Shown here: piece after piece, positions 29,369 through 38,623 of the stretch
How positions within the stretch are numbered: position 1 is the stretch's first letter
Layout: every line of letters begins with the position of its first letter
Source: a candidate division FCPU426 bacterium
Lineage (GTDB): Bacteria; Oederibacteriota; JAAXVQ01; JAUVAV01
Length of the DNA stretch: 64,000 nt
Assembly: GCA_030637655.1 (NCBI GenBank)
Contig: DAOWGI010000099.1
Coordinates: forward strand, 17,414 to 81,413
Direction: 5' to 3'
Position numbers and translations under genes: made by a program
The notes under the pieces: generated by a model
Seen by the model: the letters and a program-made list of their open reading frames with translations, nothing else
What the model was told of the DNA's origin: nothing
Database searches by the model: none

Positions 29369-30016
29369 TTATCGTATGGATTTCAACCATTGCACCCAGG
29401 CTTCCAGACCATCACCTGTGAGTGAAGAAAGGGTAAATATTGATGTTTGCGCATTAATTTGTTTGATGGCTGCCAAACAGGCTTCCAAATTAAAAGGGAT
29501 GTGCGGCAAAAGATCGGTTTTAGAAACAACCACTGCTTCCGCCTCCCGGAACAACAAAGGATATTTTAAAGCTTTGTCTTCACCTTCGGTAACACTCAAG
29601 ACGGCAATCTTGGCTTTTTCGCCTATATCAAACTCTGCCGGGCAAACCAGATTGCCTACATTCTCCACAATCACCATATCCAAATCATTCAAAGGCAGGT
29701 CCAATAGCGCGTAATGCACCAGTTTTGCTTCCAGATGGCAGGCCCCATCAGTAAGCAACTGACTCACCGGAATATTTAACGGCGCCAGGCGTTCCGCGTC
29801 TCTCGTGGTTTCCACATCCCCTTCCAACACGGCAAAACGCGTGTCCGTAGCTAATAAGGCATGCGTTTTTTCCAGCAACGCAGTCTTGCCCGCACCAGGT
29901 GAACCGATGATATTCACCATGGTAATATTTTTTTCTTTTAAAACGTCACGGGTCTTTTGCGCCCATTCCTCATTGGCGCCCATTAAATCACGATAGACTT
30001 TAATTTCCTTCAGCAT
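29369..30016 (-). CDS. hypB: Ni-insertion GTPase HypB
   Basis: GSPGAGKT, ACHL, ENVGNLVCPAEFDIGE, SKTDL. Confidence 0.97.
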   Translation of the reverse strand: MLKEIKVYRDLMGANEEWAQKTRDVLKEKNITMVNIIGSPGAGKTALLEKTHALLATDTRFAVLEGDVETTRDAERLAPLNIPVSQLLTDGACHLEAKLVHYALLDLPLNDLDMVIVENVGNLVCPAEFDIGEKAKIAVLSVTEGEDKALKYPLLFREAEAVVVSKTDLLPHIPFNLEACLAAIKQINAQTSIFTLSSLTGDGLEAWVQWLKSIR

Positions 30017-30368
30017 CCTCCACCTCAATCTCGAGATTTTCCAAATACAATTCCATACCGGTCAGCATTTCCAATTCCGTGCTCCCGCAGGATTTACAGA
30101 TAAAAGCCTGCCTCTCAATCTCACCCTGCCACTGGCATTTTCGGCATTTCACCTCTAAAGGTACTGTGCGCACCAACAGTTCAGATCCTTCGGCCACTGT
30201 ATCCTTGATCAATACTTCATAAGCAAACTGGAGATACTCCGGAATAATCTGGCGCAAATGTCCGAGCGCCACATGCACTTTGAGCAAACGCTTGGGCAGC
30301 GGCTGGATGGCGTTGACTTCATTCACAATGGCATCCACCAAATTTTGACAAATTGAAAATTCGTGCAT
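30000..30368 (-). CDS. hypA: Ni metallochaperone HypA
   Basis: MHEFS start; CRKC...CKSC. Confidence 0.95.
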   Translation of the reverse strand: MHEFSICQNLVDAIVNEVNAIQPLPKRLLKVHVALGHLRQIIPEYLQFAYEVLIKDTVAEGSELLVRTVPLEVKCRKCQWQGEIERQAFICKSCGSTELEMLTGMELYLENLEIEVEDAEGN

Positions 30369-30386
30369 ACAACCTCGATACATATG

Positions 30387-30467
30387 GTAGAGACGTAACA
30401 TGTTACGTCTCTACAGTATGCTACGTCTCTACCACCTATTGTCTCTACAAAAATCGGGCGTCTCTAC
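30387..30467. repeat. Perfect REP palindrome followed by three decayed GTCTCTAC half-sites
   Basis: GTAGAGACGTAACATGTTACGTCTCTAC at 30387-30414. Confidence 0.8.
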
Positions 30468-30620
30468 CGGAAAATGTGTGGAAATTGTAGTCTATTTTGG
30501 CAGGCTTGCCAATAGAAAAGCAAGGTTTGTGTAACCAGGTTTGTGTAAGCACAGTGTCCAGCATCGCTTTCAGCTATGTCGTAGCAAGTACGCACCTGCG
30601 TCATATTAGGTAATAACCGG

Positions 30621-31655
30621 TTAATCGAAAATTACATTTCGCAGTAAATTAACTATTGACTTGCCGATAATCCCAGCGCCGGCGGGCGCATAGCCGCCTG
30701 ACAAGACCATTAAAATTGGGATTTTCTGTTTCAAGGCCTCGCGAAATACGATAGCGTCCCGTTCAATAATCGCGTTCTCACTAACAGACAATCCCCCCAG
30801 GGGGTCTTCCGCATAAATATCCACACCCGCATTATAAAAAATGAAATCAGGCTGGGATTTATGTATGGCTTGAGGCAGCTCTTTTTTTATTATATCCAAA
30901 TAAACCTGGTCTCCGGTTTCAGGCAAAAGCCCATAGGGATACGTTATCGTCTTTTGGAGTTCAAAGGCAAGAGGATAGGCCGCTTGATTAAATACATCAA
31001 AAACATGAATGCGTGTTTCCTTTTTGCAAATACTCTCAATGCCATCCCCCTGGTGCGCATCCAAATCAACAATCAATATTCTGCCGGCCGGCTGTCTTTT
31101 TAATAATTGAAATGCCGCGATGGGAATATCCGCGTAATAACAAAATCCACCGCCGGCATCGGCTTTGGCGTGATGATACCCACCGGATAGATTAATCGCC
31201 CAACCATGCTTTTTCGCCAGGTCGCAGCCCAGCATAGTTCCCCCGGTTGCCAGGCGCATGGGTTTTAAAATACCGTTATCAAGAATTCCATTCGGCAGGT
31301 ATGCCAAAGCGTGGATTTCCGCTATTTCAGCGACAATTTGGGATTTTTTCAAAGAATTGAGATATGCTTGCGTATGAACTGTTAATAACAAATCCTTGGT
31401 CACTTCCAGGGGCGTGTAGAATTGACTGCTGGACAATCCTTGGGTTTGTTTTAAATACCCGAATACTTTACCGTATTTTTTCGTGTCAAAGGGATGCAGA
31501 TTTTCAATCCCCAGTACGGATATATCGTACTGGGGAGAATAAACAATAGGTAACATGGCATCTTCTTTGGCTTTTTTGGGCGCAGCCGAACAAACTTCTG
31601 TCTGGGCCAGGAAAACACTGATAAGAATCAAACAACCAATAGTATAAAATTTCAT
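30621..31655 (-). CDS. HDAC11-like (class IV) Zn-dependent lysine deacylase with putative signal peptide
   Basis: LPIVYSPQY...LHPFD, GWAINLSGGYHHA, GGFC, DLDAHQGDG, EDPLG, SGGY. Confidence 0.9.
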   Translation of the reverse strand: MKFYTIGCLILISVFLAQTEVCSAAPKKAKEDAMLPIVYSPQYDISVLGIENLHPFDTKKYGKVFGYLKQTQGLSSSQFYTPLEVTKDLLLTVHTQAYLNSLKKSQIVAEIAEIHALAYLPNGILDNGILKPMRLATGGTMLGCDLAKKHGWAINLSGGYHHAKADAGGGFCYYADIPIAAFQLLKRQPAGRILIVDLDAHQGDGIESICKKETRIHVFDVFNQAAYPLAFELQKTITYPYGLLPETGDQVYLDIIKKELPQAIHKSQPDFIFYNAGVDIYAEDPLGGLSVSENAIIERDAIVFREALKQKIPILMVLSGGYAPAGAGIIGKSIVNLLRNVIFD

Positions 31656-31698
31656 GCGCTTCGCTTTCCAACTGACGCAAGCTGCAACTCCAAACACT

Positions 31699-31869
31699 CT
31701 AACCTGTTAAATAATTCAACAACTGATAAATCAGGACCGCCGGCCATACCATGGCTTTGATAATACCCAGCACGCCGGTCCAAAAACCATGGGCCTGCTG
31801 GATGAAATAAACCGCAGCACCGATGAAAACCACGAAGTAAAAGCCACCTGAAGTATGCTGATTGTTCAT
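31699..31869 (-). CDS. Small two-TM membrane protein
   Basis: GGFYFVVFIGAAVYFIQQAHGFW...KAMVWPA; AGGAGG RBS. Confidence 0.7.
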   Translation of the reverse strand: MNNQHTSGGFYFVVFIGAAVYFIQQAHGFWTGVLGIIKAMVWPAVLIYQLLNYLTG

Positions 31870-32163
31870 GCCTTGCCTCCTTAACCGATTAGTGATATTG
31901 CTAAAATATCCTCTGTGAATATTCCGCGGAATTCGGCCACCCATTCCAGTCCCGGCGGCCACCTTCTCCCACTGAACAAAATCTAACGGTCAAAATATAA
32001 CATGGACGGCACGTCATGGAACAGTTTTTCTTTGGTTTTTCGCATGGAGCCTCCCTTAAGTTCGAATTTATAAGCGGCCAATGTCGAACCTGGAGTGAAG
32101 TCCAAAATCATCGATAATGGGAATAGGCCTGCCTGTCCCTGCAAAAAATGCCCGGCTCATTTC

Positions 32164-32193
32164 TTGACCATTTATAGGAATTGAGTTTATACT
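32164..32193 (+). promoter_or_regulatory. Candidate sigma70 promoter
   Basis: TTGACC-N18-TATACT upstream of 32246. Confidence 0.45.
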
Positions 32194-32245
32194 AAGGCAT
32201 TGTTATTTAATATATGCTATTAAGTTCCTGTTAAGGATTAACATT

Positions 32246-32587
32246 ATGCTTATTGTTTCAAATCCCATCTCTCTCTCAGAACTTCAGCAAATGGCTAATG
32301 ATATGTTTGGAGATATGGTAAAAGCAGTGGTTGATATAGAACGGGGTCTTTTGGCAGTGGATGCTGAACTTCATGCCGACTTAGAGGCACTGCTTATCGA
32401 GAACGGTTCTGAATCAGCTCATCTCTGGGGCATCAACTTGTATCCTGACCTTTTTTGCACTGATTTTGTGGAATTCGATTCACTCATCAACATGAAACCC
32501 TCGCAAGGGAATCGCAGCCGTAGTGTTGAAAACAAAGATATTCAAAGCAAAATATTAACAATAGTATCCGAGCAGGTAAAATCATGA
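32246..32587 (+). CDS. DUF5674-like protein
   Basis: MVKAVVDIE...AELHADLE...LWGINLYP...EFDSLIN.KP.QGNRSR, recognised from memory. Confidence 0.7.
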   Translation: MLIVSNPISLSELQQMANDMFGDMVKAVVDIERGLLAVDAELHADLEALLIENGSESAHLWGINLYPDLFCTDFVEFDSLINMKPSQGNRSRSVENKDIQSKILTIVSEQVKS

Positions 32588-32916
32588 ACAGGCAGCACCA
32601 GGACTTGGCCAAAGGCCGTTGGCGGCATTTGAATTTCATGGAGCAAATGGCGAATATCGGCAGTGAAGTAGAGCGATTCATAAACTGGCGGATTAAAAAT
32701 AATGAAATATTTGCCCAAAAAGCCTTTGAACGTGCTCTCGAGCTGTTTGATTTGACGATTGATCAGCCTTTAAATTTTTATCGACTTAAGGAAATATCCC
32801 GCGCGCGGGAATCTGTGGCAGAACTTTATGAAGAAAAGGATATGTCCGAATATTCCATCACCGCTTGGAAGAAATACTTTTCACATTTCAGCTACGCCGC
32901 GCGCAGAAACAGGTAG
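32584..32916 (+). CDS. Helical hypothetical protein coupled to the DUF5674 gene
   Basis: ATGA overlap; EQMANIGSEVER...FERALELFDLT. Confidence 0.7.
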   Translation: MNRQHQDLAKGRWRHLNFMEQMANIGSEVERFINWRIKNNEIFAQKAFERALELFDLTIDQPLNFYRLKEISRARESVAELYEEKDMSEYSITAWKKYFSHFSYAARRNR

Positions 32917-33250
32917 CAGGGTCCAGGCCTGCCTGTTCCCTACAACGGGTATTTGTGTGTTTGTACATTGTTTTTGAAAGGCAAGGTTTTGCTTCTTACG
33001 ACTCACGGCTGGTAAACGCGCAAATTCCATGATGTCTATGTCTGTTGTACCCCGAAAAACCCGGTCAATCTCCGCGTTTCGTTTTCAGTTGAACTCGGTT
33101 GGTCAGCATGCTAAGATTATGCGATTTTTAGTTTATTTTAAGGAATTTTTAGGTTGTGCGCTGTTTGCTGGTCAATGCTATGATCCACTTGTGTGGTTCT
33201 GGCTATACAAAGAACCAGTCGTTATTCCGTCCGGATTATATAAACATATT

Positions 33251-33279
33251 GTAAGGGCACAGCGGCGCTGTGTCCTTAC
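33251..33279. repeat. REP-like palindrome with GTAA foot
   Basis: GTAAGGGCACAGCGGCGCTGTGTCCTTAC. Confidence 0.65.
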
Positions 33280-33293
33280 GAAAAGGAGAACAC

Positions 33294-33731
33294 ATGGCAC
33301 CAGTAAAAGAAGGCGATACAGTAAAGATTCACTACACCGGCAAATTAGAAAACAGCGAGGTCTTTGATTCTTCACGCGACCGTGAACCATTGGAATTCAA
33401 GCTAGGTGCCGGAGGCCTTATCCCTGGTTTTGAAACAGCAGTCATGGGCATGCACCCTACTGACACCAAGACCGTCACCATCCCATCAGATCAAGCGTAT
33501 GGCCCTAAAATGGATCAATTGATTTTTGAGGTAGAGCGCACCCAGCTTCCCCATGACTTGGAGCCGCAGGCCGGCATGCAGTTGGCTGTGACCAGTCCGG
33601 ACGGCAAGCAGGTTCCGGTCTGGATTTTGGAAGTGATGGAAAAAACCGTCAAGCTGGATGGCAATCATCCCTTGGCCGGCAAAGATTTGATTTTCGATCT
33701 GGAATTGGTCGAAATCGTCTCCGCAGCTTAA
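33294..33731 (+). CDS. slyD: FKBP-type peptidyl-prolyl isomerase (SlyD/SlpA-like, no His-rich tail)
   Basis: VKIHYTG, FDSS, IPGFE, AYG, DGNHPLAGK; AAGGAG RBS. Confidence 0.85.
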   Translation: MAPVKEGDTVKIHYTGKLENSEVFDSSRDREPLEFKLGAGGLIPGFETAVMGMHPTDTKTVTIPSDQAYGPKMDQLIFEVERTQLPHDLEPQAGMQLAVTSPDGKQVPVWILEVMEKTVKLDGNHPLAGKDLIFDLELVEIVSAA

Positions 33732-33753
33732 AACTTTAAAAGATTGCCGGCTC

Positions 33754-34206
33754 TTACAAAACAGGCATTTGCTCAAAAGAGGCGTTTCTGAGGTGGATCA
33801 TTACTTTTTGCGCGGCAACAAGCATTTCTTCACTCAACCCTTGCCGGTCTTCCACTTCTTTGGGTTGAATCCCAATAAAAACAATTTCCTTCTTTACCAC
33901 TGGTTTTAAATAATTCATAGTCACAGAAAGTGACATGGCATGCGTTCCCAAACCCACGTCCTGAATCTGTTCCGAAGCAATGCGCCTAAACGCTCCCGGA
34001 CTCAAATTCATTTGCGCGGCATCCACCATAACCAGAATTTCAGGATTATATTTTTTAACAACGGAAGTGTAATTTTCAGGCACGGTTGTGCAGTTGCACA
34101 CAAACCAATTGGGATCAGTAAAATTCTCAGCGATAAAGACACCCACGCCGTCATCCCCGCGGAGTTTGTTTCCAACACCCATTAAAAAGTTTTTAGGAGC
34201 ATCCAT
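33754..34206 (-). CDS. hycI: Hydrogenase maturation endopeptidase (HycI-like)
   Basis: GVGNKLRGDDGVG, VPENY, VDAA, THAMSL, IGIQP; start 34206 or 34218. Confidence 0.9.
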   Translation of the reverse strand: MDAPKNFLMGVGNKLRGDDGVGVFIAENFTDPNWFVCNCTTVPENYTSVVKKYNPEILVMVDAAQMNLSPGAFRRIASEQIQDVGLGTHAMSLSVTMNYLKPVVKKEIVFIGIQPKEVEDRQGLSEEMLVAAQKVMIHLRNASFEQMPVL

Positions 34207-34385
34207 GAGGTATCCCAATCAAATAGATTTCGTAAATGCCAAATCACTCTGCGGGTATTGGTGAACCATTTCTGTTCCAACCTAGAGGCCATTTGACGCA
34301 CATACCATGAATCCTCCGGATGCGTAAAAGCATAAATCAATATTTTGTCTTTTGATTTTTTTGTTGAAAAAATCGACAGTATCAT
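34182..34385 (-). pseudogene. Truncated winged-HTH fragment
   Basis: MILSIFSTK..KILIYAFTHPEDSWYVRQMA resembles the N-terminal HTH of HTH-nucleotidyltransferase proteins; similarity ends after about 40 aa. Confidence 0.4.
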
Positions 34386-34449
34386 AGTTGTAAATATTAT
34401 AACAATTGTTGCTTTTTTCGCAATACTTTATTCACTGATTATGTAACCT

Positions 34450-34870
34450 TTAACGTAAGATTTCTATTTTTTTGATAATCTTCTGTTTTTTTGTTCTCAG
34501 GACTATTTTATAGCTGCCTTGAGGTACGCGGGAAGCATCCCAGAAAAAGACATGTGGTCCCGCATCCAGGGCTTGGTCAACAATGATGTGAATATCTATG
34601 CCGCTTTTATCAACAACACTTACTTTGACCTGTGCCCGCTCCTGCATCTGAACAATGATACTGCATCGCTGCCCCTCTCCGACATTTATTTGTTTTTTTA
34701 TCCACTTTGAGGAGCTCGATTTGACCCTGGTCCTTACTTTTATCCTTAGATGTTTCAATGTCAGCTGAAGGCGGTTTGAACTCCTCTTTTTTACCCATGG
34801 CATGAAGAATTAAAATATTTCCTAAAATACTTATGGCTGCTATTGATATTGATAGAATTATTTTTTTCAT
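34450..34870 (-). pseudogene. Small secreted protein with T9SS/FlgD-like C-terminal domain, frameshifted at an A7 run
   Basis: Signal peptide in frame 34610-34870, CTD (VVDKSG...FFWDAS...GSYKI...KKIEILR) in frame 34450-34803; removing one T from 34693-34699 fuses them. Confidence 0.7.
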
Positions 34871-34948
34871 GACCAGCCTCCTTTACTATTTTTGATATCT
34901 TTTAATGTAATGAACGGGGTCATGACCCCCAAACCTCTGGTTCGCGAT

Positions 34949-35491
34949 TTAAGGTTTATAGTATTGCTTTATAAATTCCTGATATTTTTTTAAAGTGGTT
35001 GGGCTGAATTTGCGGAAAAGTGTTGTATCCCGGCCTTTGATCTCAACCTCAACTTCTTGAGCCAGGGATATTTTATGAATTTTTTCCGGAGTAATTTCAT
35101 AACCGGCGCGTTCAATAACTTTTTTCTTTTCTCCATAGTCCATTTGTTTTCTGTAATTTTTACTTCCTTCGCCTTTGAAAACAAGTTTTTCACTTTGATC
35201 CAGGCTTAATATTAGTGATTTCCCTTTCTGGATATAAATATAATTATTATCAATATAAGACAATTGTAAATAATAAGTTGCTTGATTTTTATCATCCCGG
35301 ACTCTTTCTACATCCAATGACAGACTCATATCAATAATATTTTTGGGATTGATCAGTGTAGTATCACCGGCCAGTCGGTGTCTGGTTTGATCACCGTGTT
35401 TCATAGTATGAATTAAAAGATGACTGCCGCAACCATTAATAAAAAGAATGCAAGAAATAACCACTATTTTTTTTGAAAATAATCGAAACAT
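34949..35491 (-). CDS. Hypothetical lipoprotein
   Basis: Lipobox-like FINGC after a hydrophobic stretch; AT-rich. Confidence 0.65.
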   Translation of the reverse strand: MFRLFSKKIVVISCILFINGCGSHLLIHTMKHGDQTRHRLAGDTTLINPKNIIDMSLSLDVERVRDDKNQATYYLQLSYIDNNYIYIQKGKSLILSLDQSEKLVFKGEGSKNYRKQMDYGEKKKVIERAGYEITPEKIHKISLAQEVEVEIKGRDTTLFRKFSPTTLKKYQEFIKQYYKP

Positions 35492-35800
35492 GGGATTTTT
35501 CCTTTCACTCATAGTTGTATAGTATTGTCGTCTGTTTTTCTTGATTGTTTAGTTGTCTGACTGCTGTCTTTGGGTTCCGGACTTGCTCTTTTTTTCCGTG
35601 TAAACCGGCTATTTTTTATACTTGGGAGTAAGATAATATAGTTATGCAGACATTGCCATAACTTTGTCTTTTTCGGCTGACGCGGTTGGTTGGTAGACTT
35701 TTTCTCCCATACCTGGTTAGACAAGCCTGGGCGCTTTTTCTTGCATAGAAAAAACAAATTCCTATCAGTTTGACCCCTTATATTACGGCGTGTGGTGCCC

Positions 35801-36205
35801 CTACGTTAATACCATCTCCTCGGAATACCTATCCGTGGTGGCGGTTAAAAACTCTTTGGTCATAAACAAATTGTTTTTCGGGCACACTTCTGTGCACTGC
35901 CCGCACTGGATGCAATGCCCGGCATAGACTGTAACGGTTTTTTCCTCGCGGTTCACCTCAATCGCGTTGGCCGGGCATACGCGCGCGCACATAGCACAGG
36001 CTGTACACCCTTCAGGATTATACCCTATTTTGCCGCGAAAGCCTTCAGGAACTTCCAGCGGCAAAACCAATTCCGCCTTGCCGGCTGCCACTTTTTCCAA
36101 AAACCTGGTAATGGATTTGGGCAAGTGCCTGGCTGGAAACGGATTGGTGGCCGGTTTATTAAAAAGTTGTTTTAAGACCCGTGGAACCATGGGTAAACGA
36201 AACAT
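35801..36205 (-). CDS. mbhN: Mbh 2[4Fe-4S] subunit (NuoI-like)
   Basis: CTACAMCARVCP, CIQCGQCTEVCP. Confidence 0.88.
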   Translation of the reverse strand: MFRLPMVPRVLKQLFNKPATNPFPARHLPKSITRFLEKVAAGKAELVLPLEVPEGFRGKIGYNPEGCTACAMCARVCPANAIEVNREEKTVTVYAGHCIQCGQCTEVCPKNNLFMTKEFLTATTDRYSEEMVLT

Positions 36206-36227
36206 TCAATCCTTCCTTTCCTTCAAT

Positions 36228-36255
36228 GTAGGGAACGGTCGCGACCGTTCCCTAC
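36228..36255. repeat. REP palindrome, identical at 38538-38565 and 62630-62657
   Basis: GTAGGGAACGGTCGCGACCGTTCCCTAC. Confidence 0.9.
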
Positions 36256-36258
36256 AAC

Positions 36259-37251
36259 TTACAATTTACCATCCAACATAATCAGGAACAATCCTAAAAA
36301 GGTCATGGTCCCGCCCAGTTTCCAATAAATCTCTACGATCTGCGTAATCCGAAAACGAGCCATGGAAACACGCATGAGCGTCACTGAGACAAACATAACC
36401 AGGAATATTTTAATGATATAGAACAGAACCTCAATCACAATCTTCACAGTAGTATCCACCTGAAAGTATTGCGAAATGGTATAGGGAAAAAACAAGGCCA
36501 CTGTCAGACCGAGCATGGCAATCATCTTAGCACCCAAGGCCAAATAGAACATAGCCAGATTGCGGCCGGAATATTCCACCAGCAGTCCCTCGGCCAACTC
36601 TGATTTTGCTTCCGGCGCGTCAAACGGACCTTTGGAAAGTTCGGCCGGTGTCACCACAATCATAGCCAGCAAGAGCAGAATAAAACCAATAATGCCAAAA
36701 GGGCCTACCAAGTTCCAAATAGGATTGGCGGCAATGGTTTTCAGGGAAAACGGATGCGCCAGACCGGATTGCGCCATTTTCCAGGCAAAAGAAATAACTA
36801 TCGCGCCGAGTGGCAATTCATAGCCGATCATGGTCACCATTTCGCGCTGCGCGCCTATGGTGGCATAGGGAGAGCCTGAGGCAAAACCGCCAAAAACCAT
36901 AGCTAAAGCCGGCATGGCCAGCAAATACATAATCAGAATCAGATCCCCGTAACCTTCCATGAGCGGATTAAATCCCGCGAAGGGCAAATACAAAAAAATC
37001 GTTATCACTGAGGCAAAAGCCATGATCGGAGCCGCGTTGTACACCCAGGGCACGGCATGCTCAGGCACCACGTTCTCTTTGCGCATGAGTTTAAGAAAAT
37101 CCCACCACGGTTGCCTAAGCAACGGACCGATTCTGGCTTGCATGAGCGCTGCCAGTTTACGATCCACTCCCTGGATAATAAAACCACCCACAATACCTAA
37201 AGCGGTCATGCTCACTACCCCAATAATGAGTTTCAAAAATATCTCTGTCAT
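36259..37251 (-). CDS. mbhM: Mbh membrane subunit (NuoH-like)
   Basis: RKLAALMQARIGP..QPWWDFLKL, PFDAPEA..EL..G..VEYSG. Confidence 0.9.
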   Translation of the reverse strand: MTEIFLKLIIGVVSMTALGIVGGFIIQGVDRKLAALMQARIGPLLRQPWWDFLKLMRKENVVPEHAVPWVYNAAPIMAFASVITIFLYLPFAGFNPLMEGYGDLILIMYLLAMPALAMVFGGFASGSPYATIGAQREMVTMIGYELPLGAIVISFAWKMAQSGLAHPFSLKTIAANPIWNLVGPFGIIGFILLLLAMIVVTPAELSKGPFDAPEAKSELAEGLLVEYSGRNLAMFYLALGAKMIAMLGLTVALFFPYTISQYFQVDTTVKIVIEVLFYIIKIFLVMFVSVTLMRVSMARFRITQIVEIYWKLGGTMTFLGLFLIMLDGKL

Positions 37252-38495
37252 TTCAATCCTTGTCTAATACGTTCTGTTTTTTTCCGTGAGAGACGCCGTA
37301 AATCATCCTGAGTGAATATCGAAGTCCGTCCCTTGTCCACCATAGCCACCCGGTCCGTACATGAAATACAGGGATCAACTGAAGCCACAATAATAGGGAT
37401 ATCCGCGATCTGCTCCCCTTCCAGCATTTTCACCCAAGACATGGCATTGCTGTAAGTAGAGGCTTTTACTTTCCAAACCAGGGGGCTTTCCTGATTGGCA
37501 GCCAAACGAATATAGTGAAACACTTCACCGCGCGGCGCTTCATGCCTGCCGATCCCTTCCCCTTCCGCCTGCTTGATATGATTCAGCAAAACCATTAGTT
37601 TCGGAAAATTGGTCAACGGACCGATTGGCATTTTTTTCATGCTTTGTTGGATAATCTCAATGGATTGTTTCACTTCCAACAAGCGTACGATAATCCGGTC
37701 AAACACATCACCATGTACCTCTCCGGCCAATGCCTCCGGTGTGATGGCTTTGATGTCAAGATCTCCATACGCGCAATACGGAAAATCCTGCCGGACATCG
37801 GTGGCAATACCGGAGGCACGGATAACCGGACCAACCGTACAGAGCTTTAAGGCATCTTCCGGGGTCAAGACCCCGGTATCGCGGCAACGCATCCGCAGTA
37901 CCGTATCTTCCAAAAACATGTCATAGAGTTCATCAAACAGGATGGTATAATTCAGGAGTGATTTATTAATACGCGCATGCTGGTCCGGAGTAATATCCCG
38001 TCGCACACCGCCAATCTGGAGCACACCGTAATTGACACGGTTGCCGGTCAAGTATTCCAAAAGATCCATAAGATCTTCACGCACTTCCCAGGCCTTATAA
38101 AAAAGTGTATCAAAACCCAATTCCAAGGCAGCCACTCCGGCCCAGAGCAGGTGGGAATGAATACGTTCCATTTCAGCAAATATGGTCCGCAAATAATCAG
38201 CCCGAACCGGAACTTCAATATCCGCAGCCTGCTCAATGGCCCGGCAATAGGCAATGGAATGAGAAATACTGCAGATACCGCAGATGCGTTCTGATACATA
38301 CAGAGTCTGGACCGCGTTACGTCGCGTTGCCATCCATTCCAACCCACGATGGTTGTGACCAGGCGCCAAATCCACCTTGATTACTTTCTCCCCATCAATT
38401 TCAAATATAAATTTGATGGGTTCTTTCAAGGCCGGATGAATCGGACCAATAACGGTCTTGATTGGTTTTTTTGCACTAACAACTGATTCTTTCAT
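37248..38495 (-). CDS. mbhL: Group 4 [NiFe]-hydrogenase large subunit
   Basis: ERICGIC and DPCISCTDR with all four Ni cysteines; C-terminal extension for cleavage. Confidence 0.93.
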   Translation of the reverse strand: MKESVVSAKKPIKTVIGPIHPALKEPIKFIFEIDGEKVIKVDLAPGHNHRGLEWMATRRNAVQTLYVSERICGICSISHSIAYCRAIEQAADIEVPVRADYLRTIFAEMERIHSHLLWAGVAALELGFDTLFYKAWEVREDLMDLLEYLTGNRVNYGVLQIGGVRRDITPDQHARINKSLLNYTILFDELYDMFLEDTVLRMRCRDTGVLTPEDALKLCTVGPVIRASGIATDVRQDFPYCAYGDLDIKAITPEALAGEVHGDVFDRIIVRLLEVKQSIEIIQQSMKKMPIGPLTNFPKLMVLLNHIKQAEGEGIGRHEAPRGEVFHYIRLAANQESPLVWKVKASTYSNAMSWVKMLEGEQIADIPIIVASVDPCISCTDRVAMVDKGRTSIFTQDDLRRLSRKKTERIRQGLK

Positions 38496-38537
38496 CCTAT
38501 TTTCCTTTTCTTTCTTCCCAAATCGACGTTTGGATCT

Positions 38538-38615
38538 GTAGGGAACGGTCGCGACCGTTCCCTACAACAACATACCACATCGCATATGTACGGGTACGGC
38601 AAGCGGTGCCCCGAC
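38538..38615. repeat. Two REPs inside the mbh operon
   Basis: Perfect copy at 38538-38565; decayed copy at 38588-38615. Confidence 0.8.
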
Positions 38616-38623
38616 GTATTCAT

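Noticed and set aside
30395-30406. GTAACATGTTAC as a head-to-head MITE junction
   Set aside because: It is the centre of a REP palindrome and lacks the CAGT part of the TIR
35509-35766. IS91-like N-terminal remnant (PRQPKKTKLWQCLHNY)
   Set aside because: Too short; no Zn-finger or HUH sequence follows, so it cannot be supported without a search
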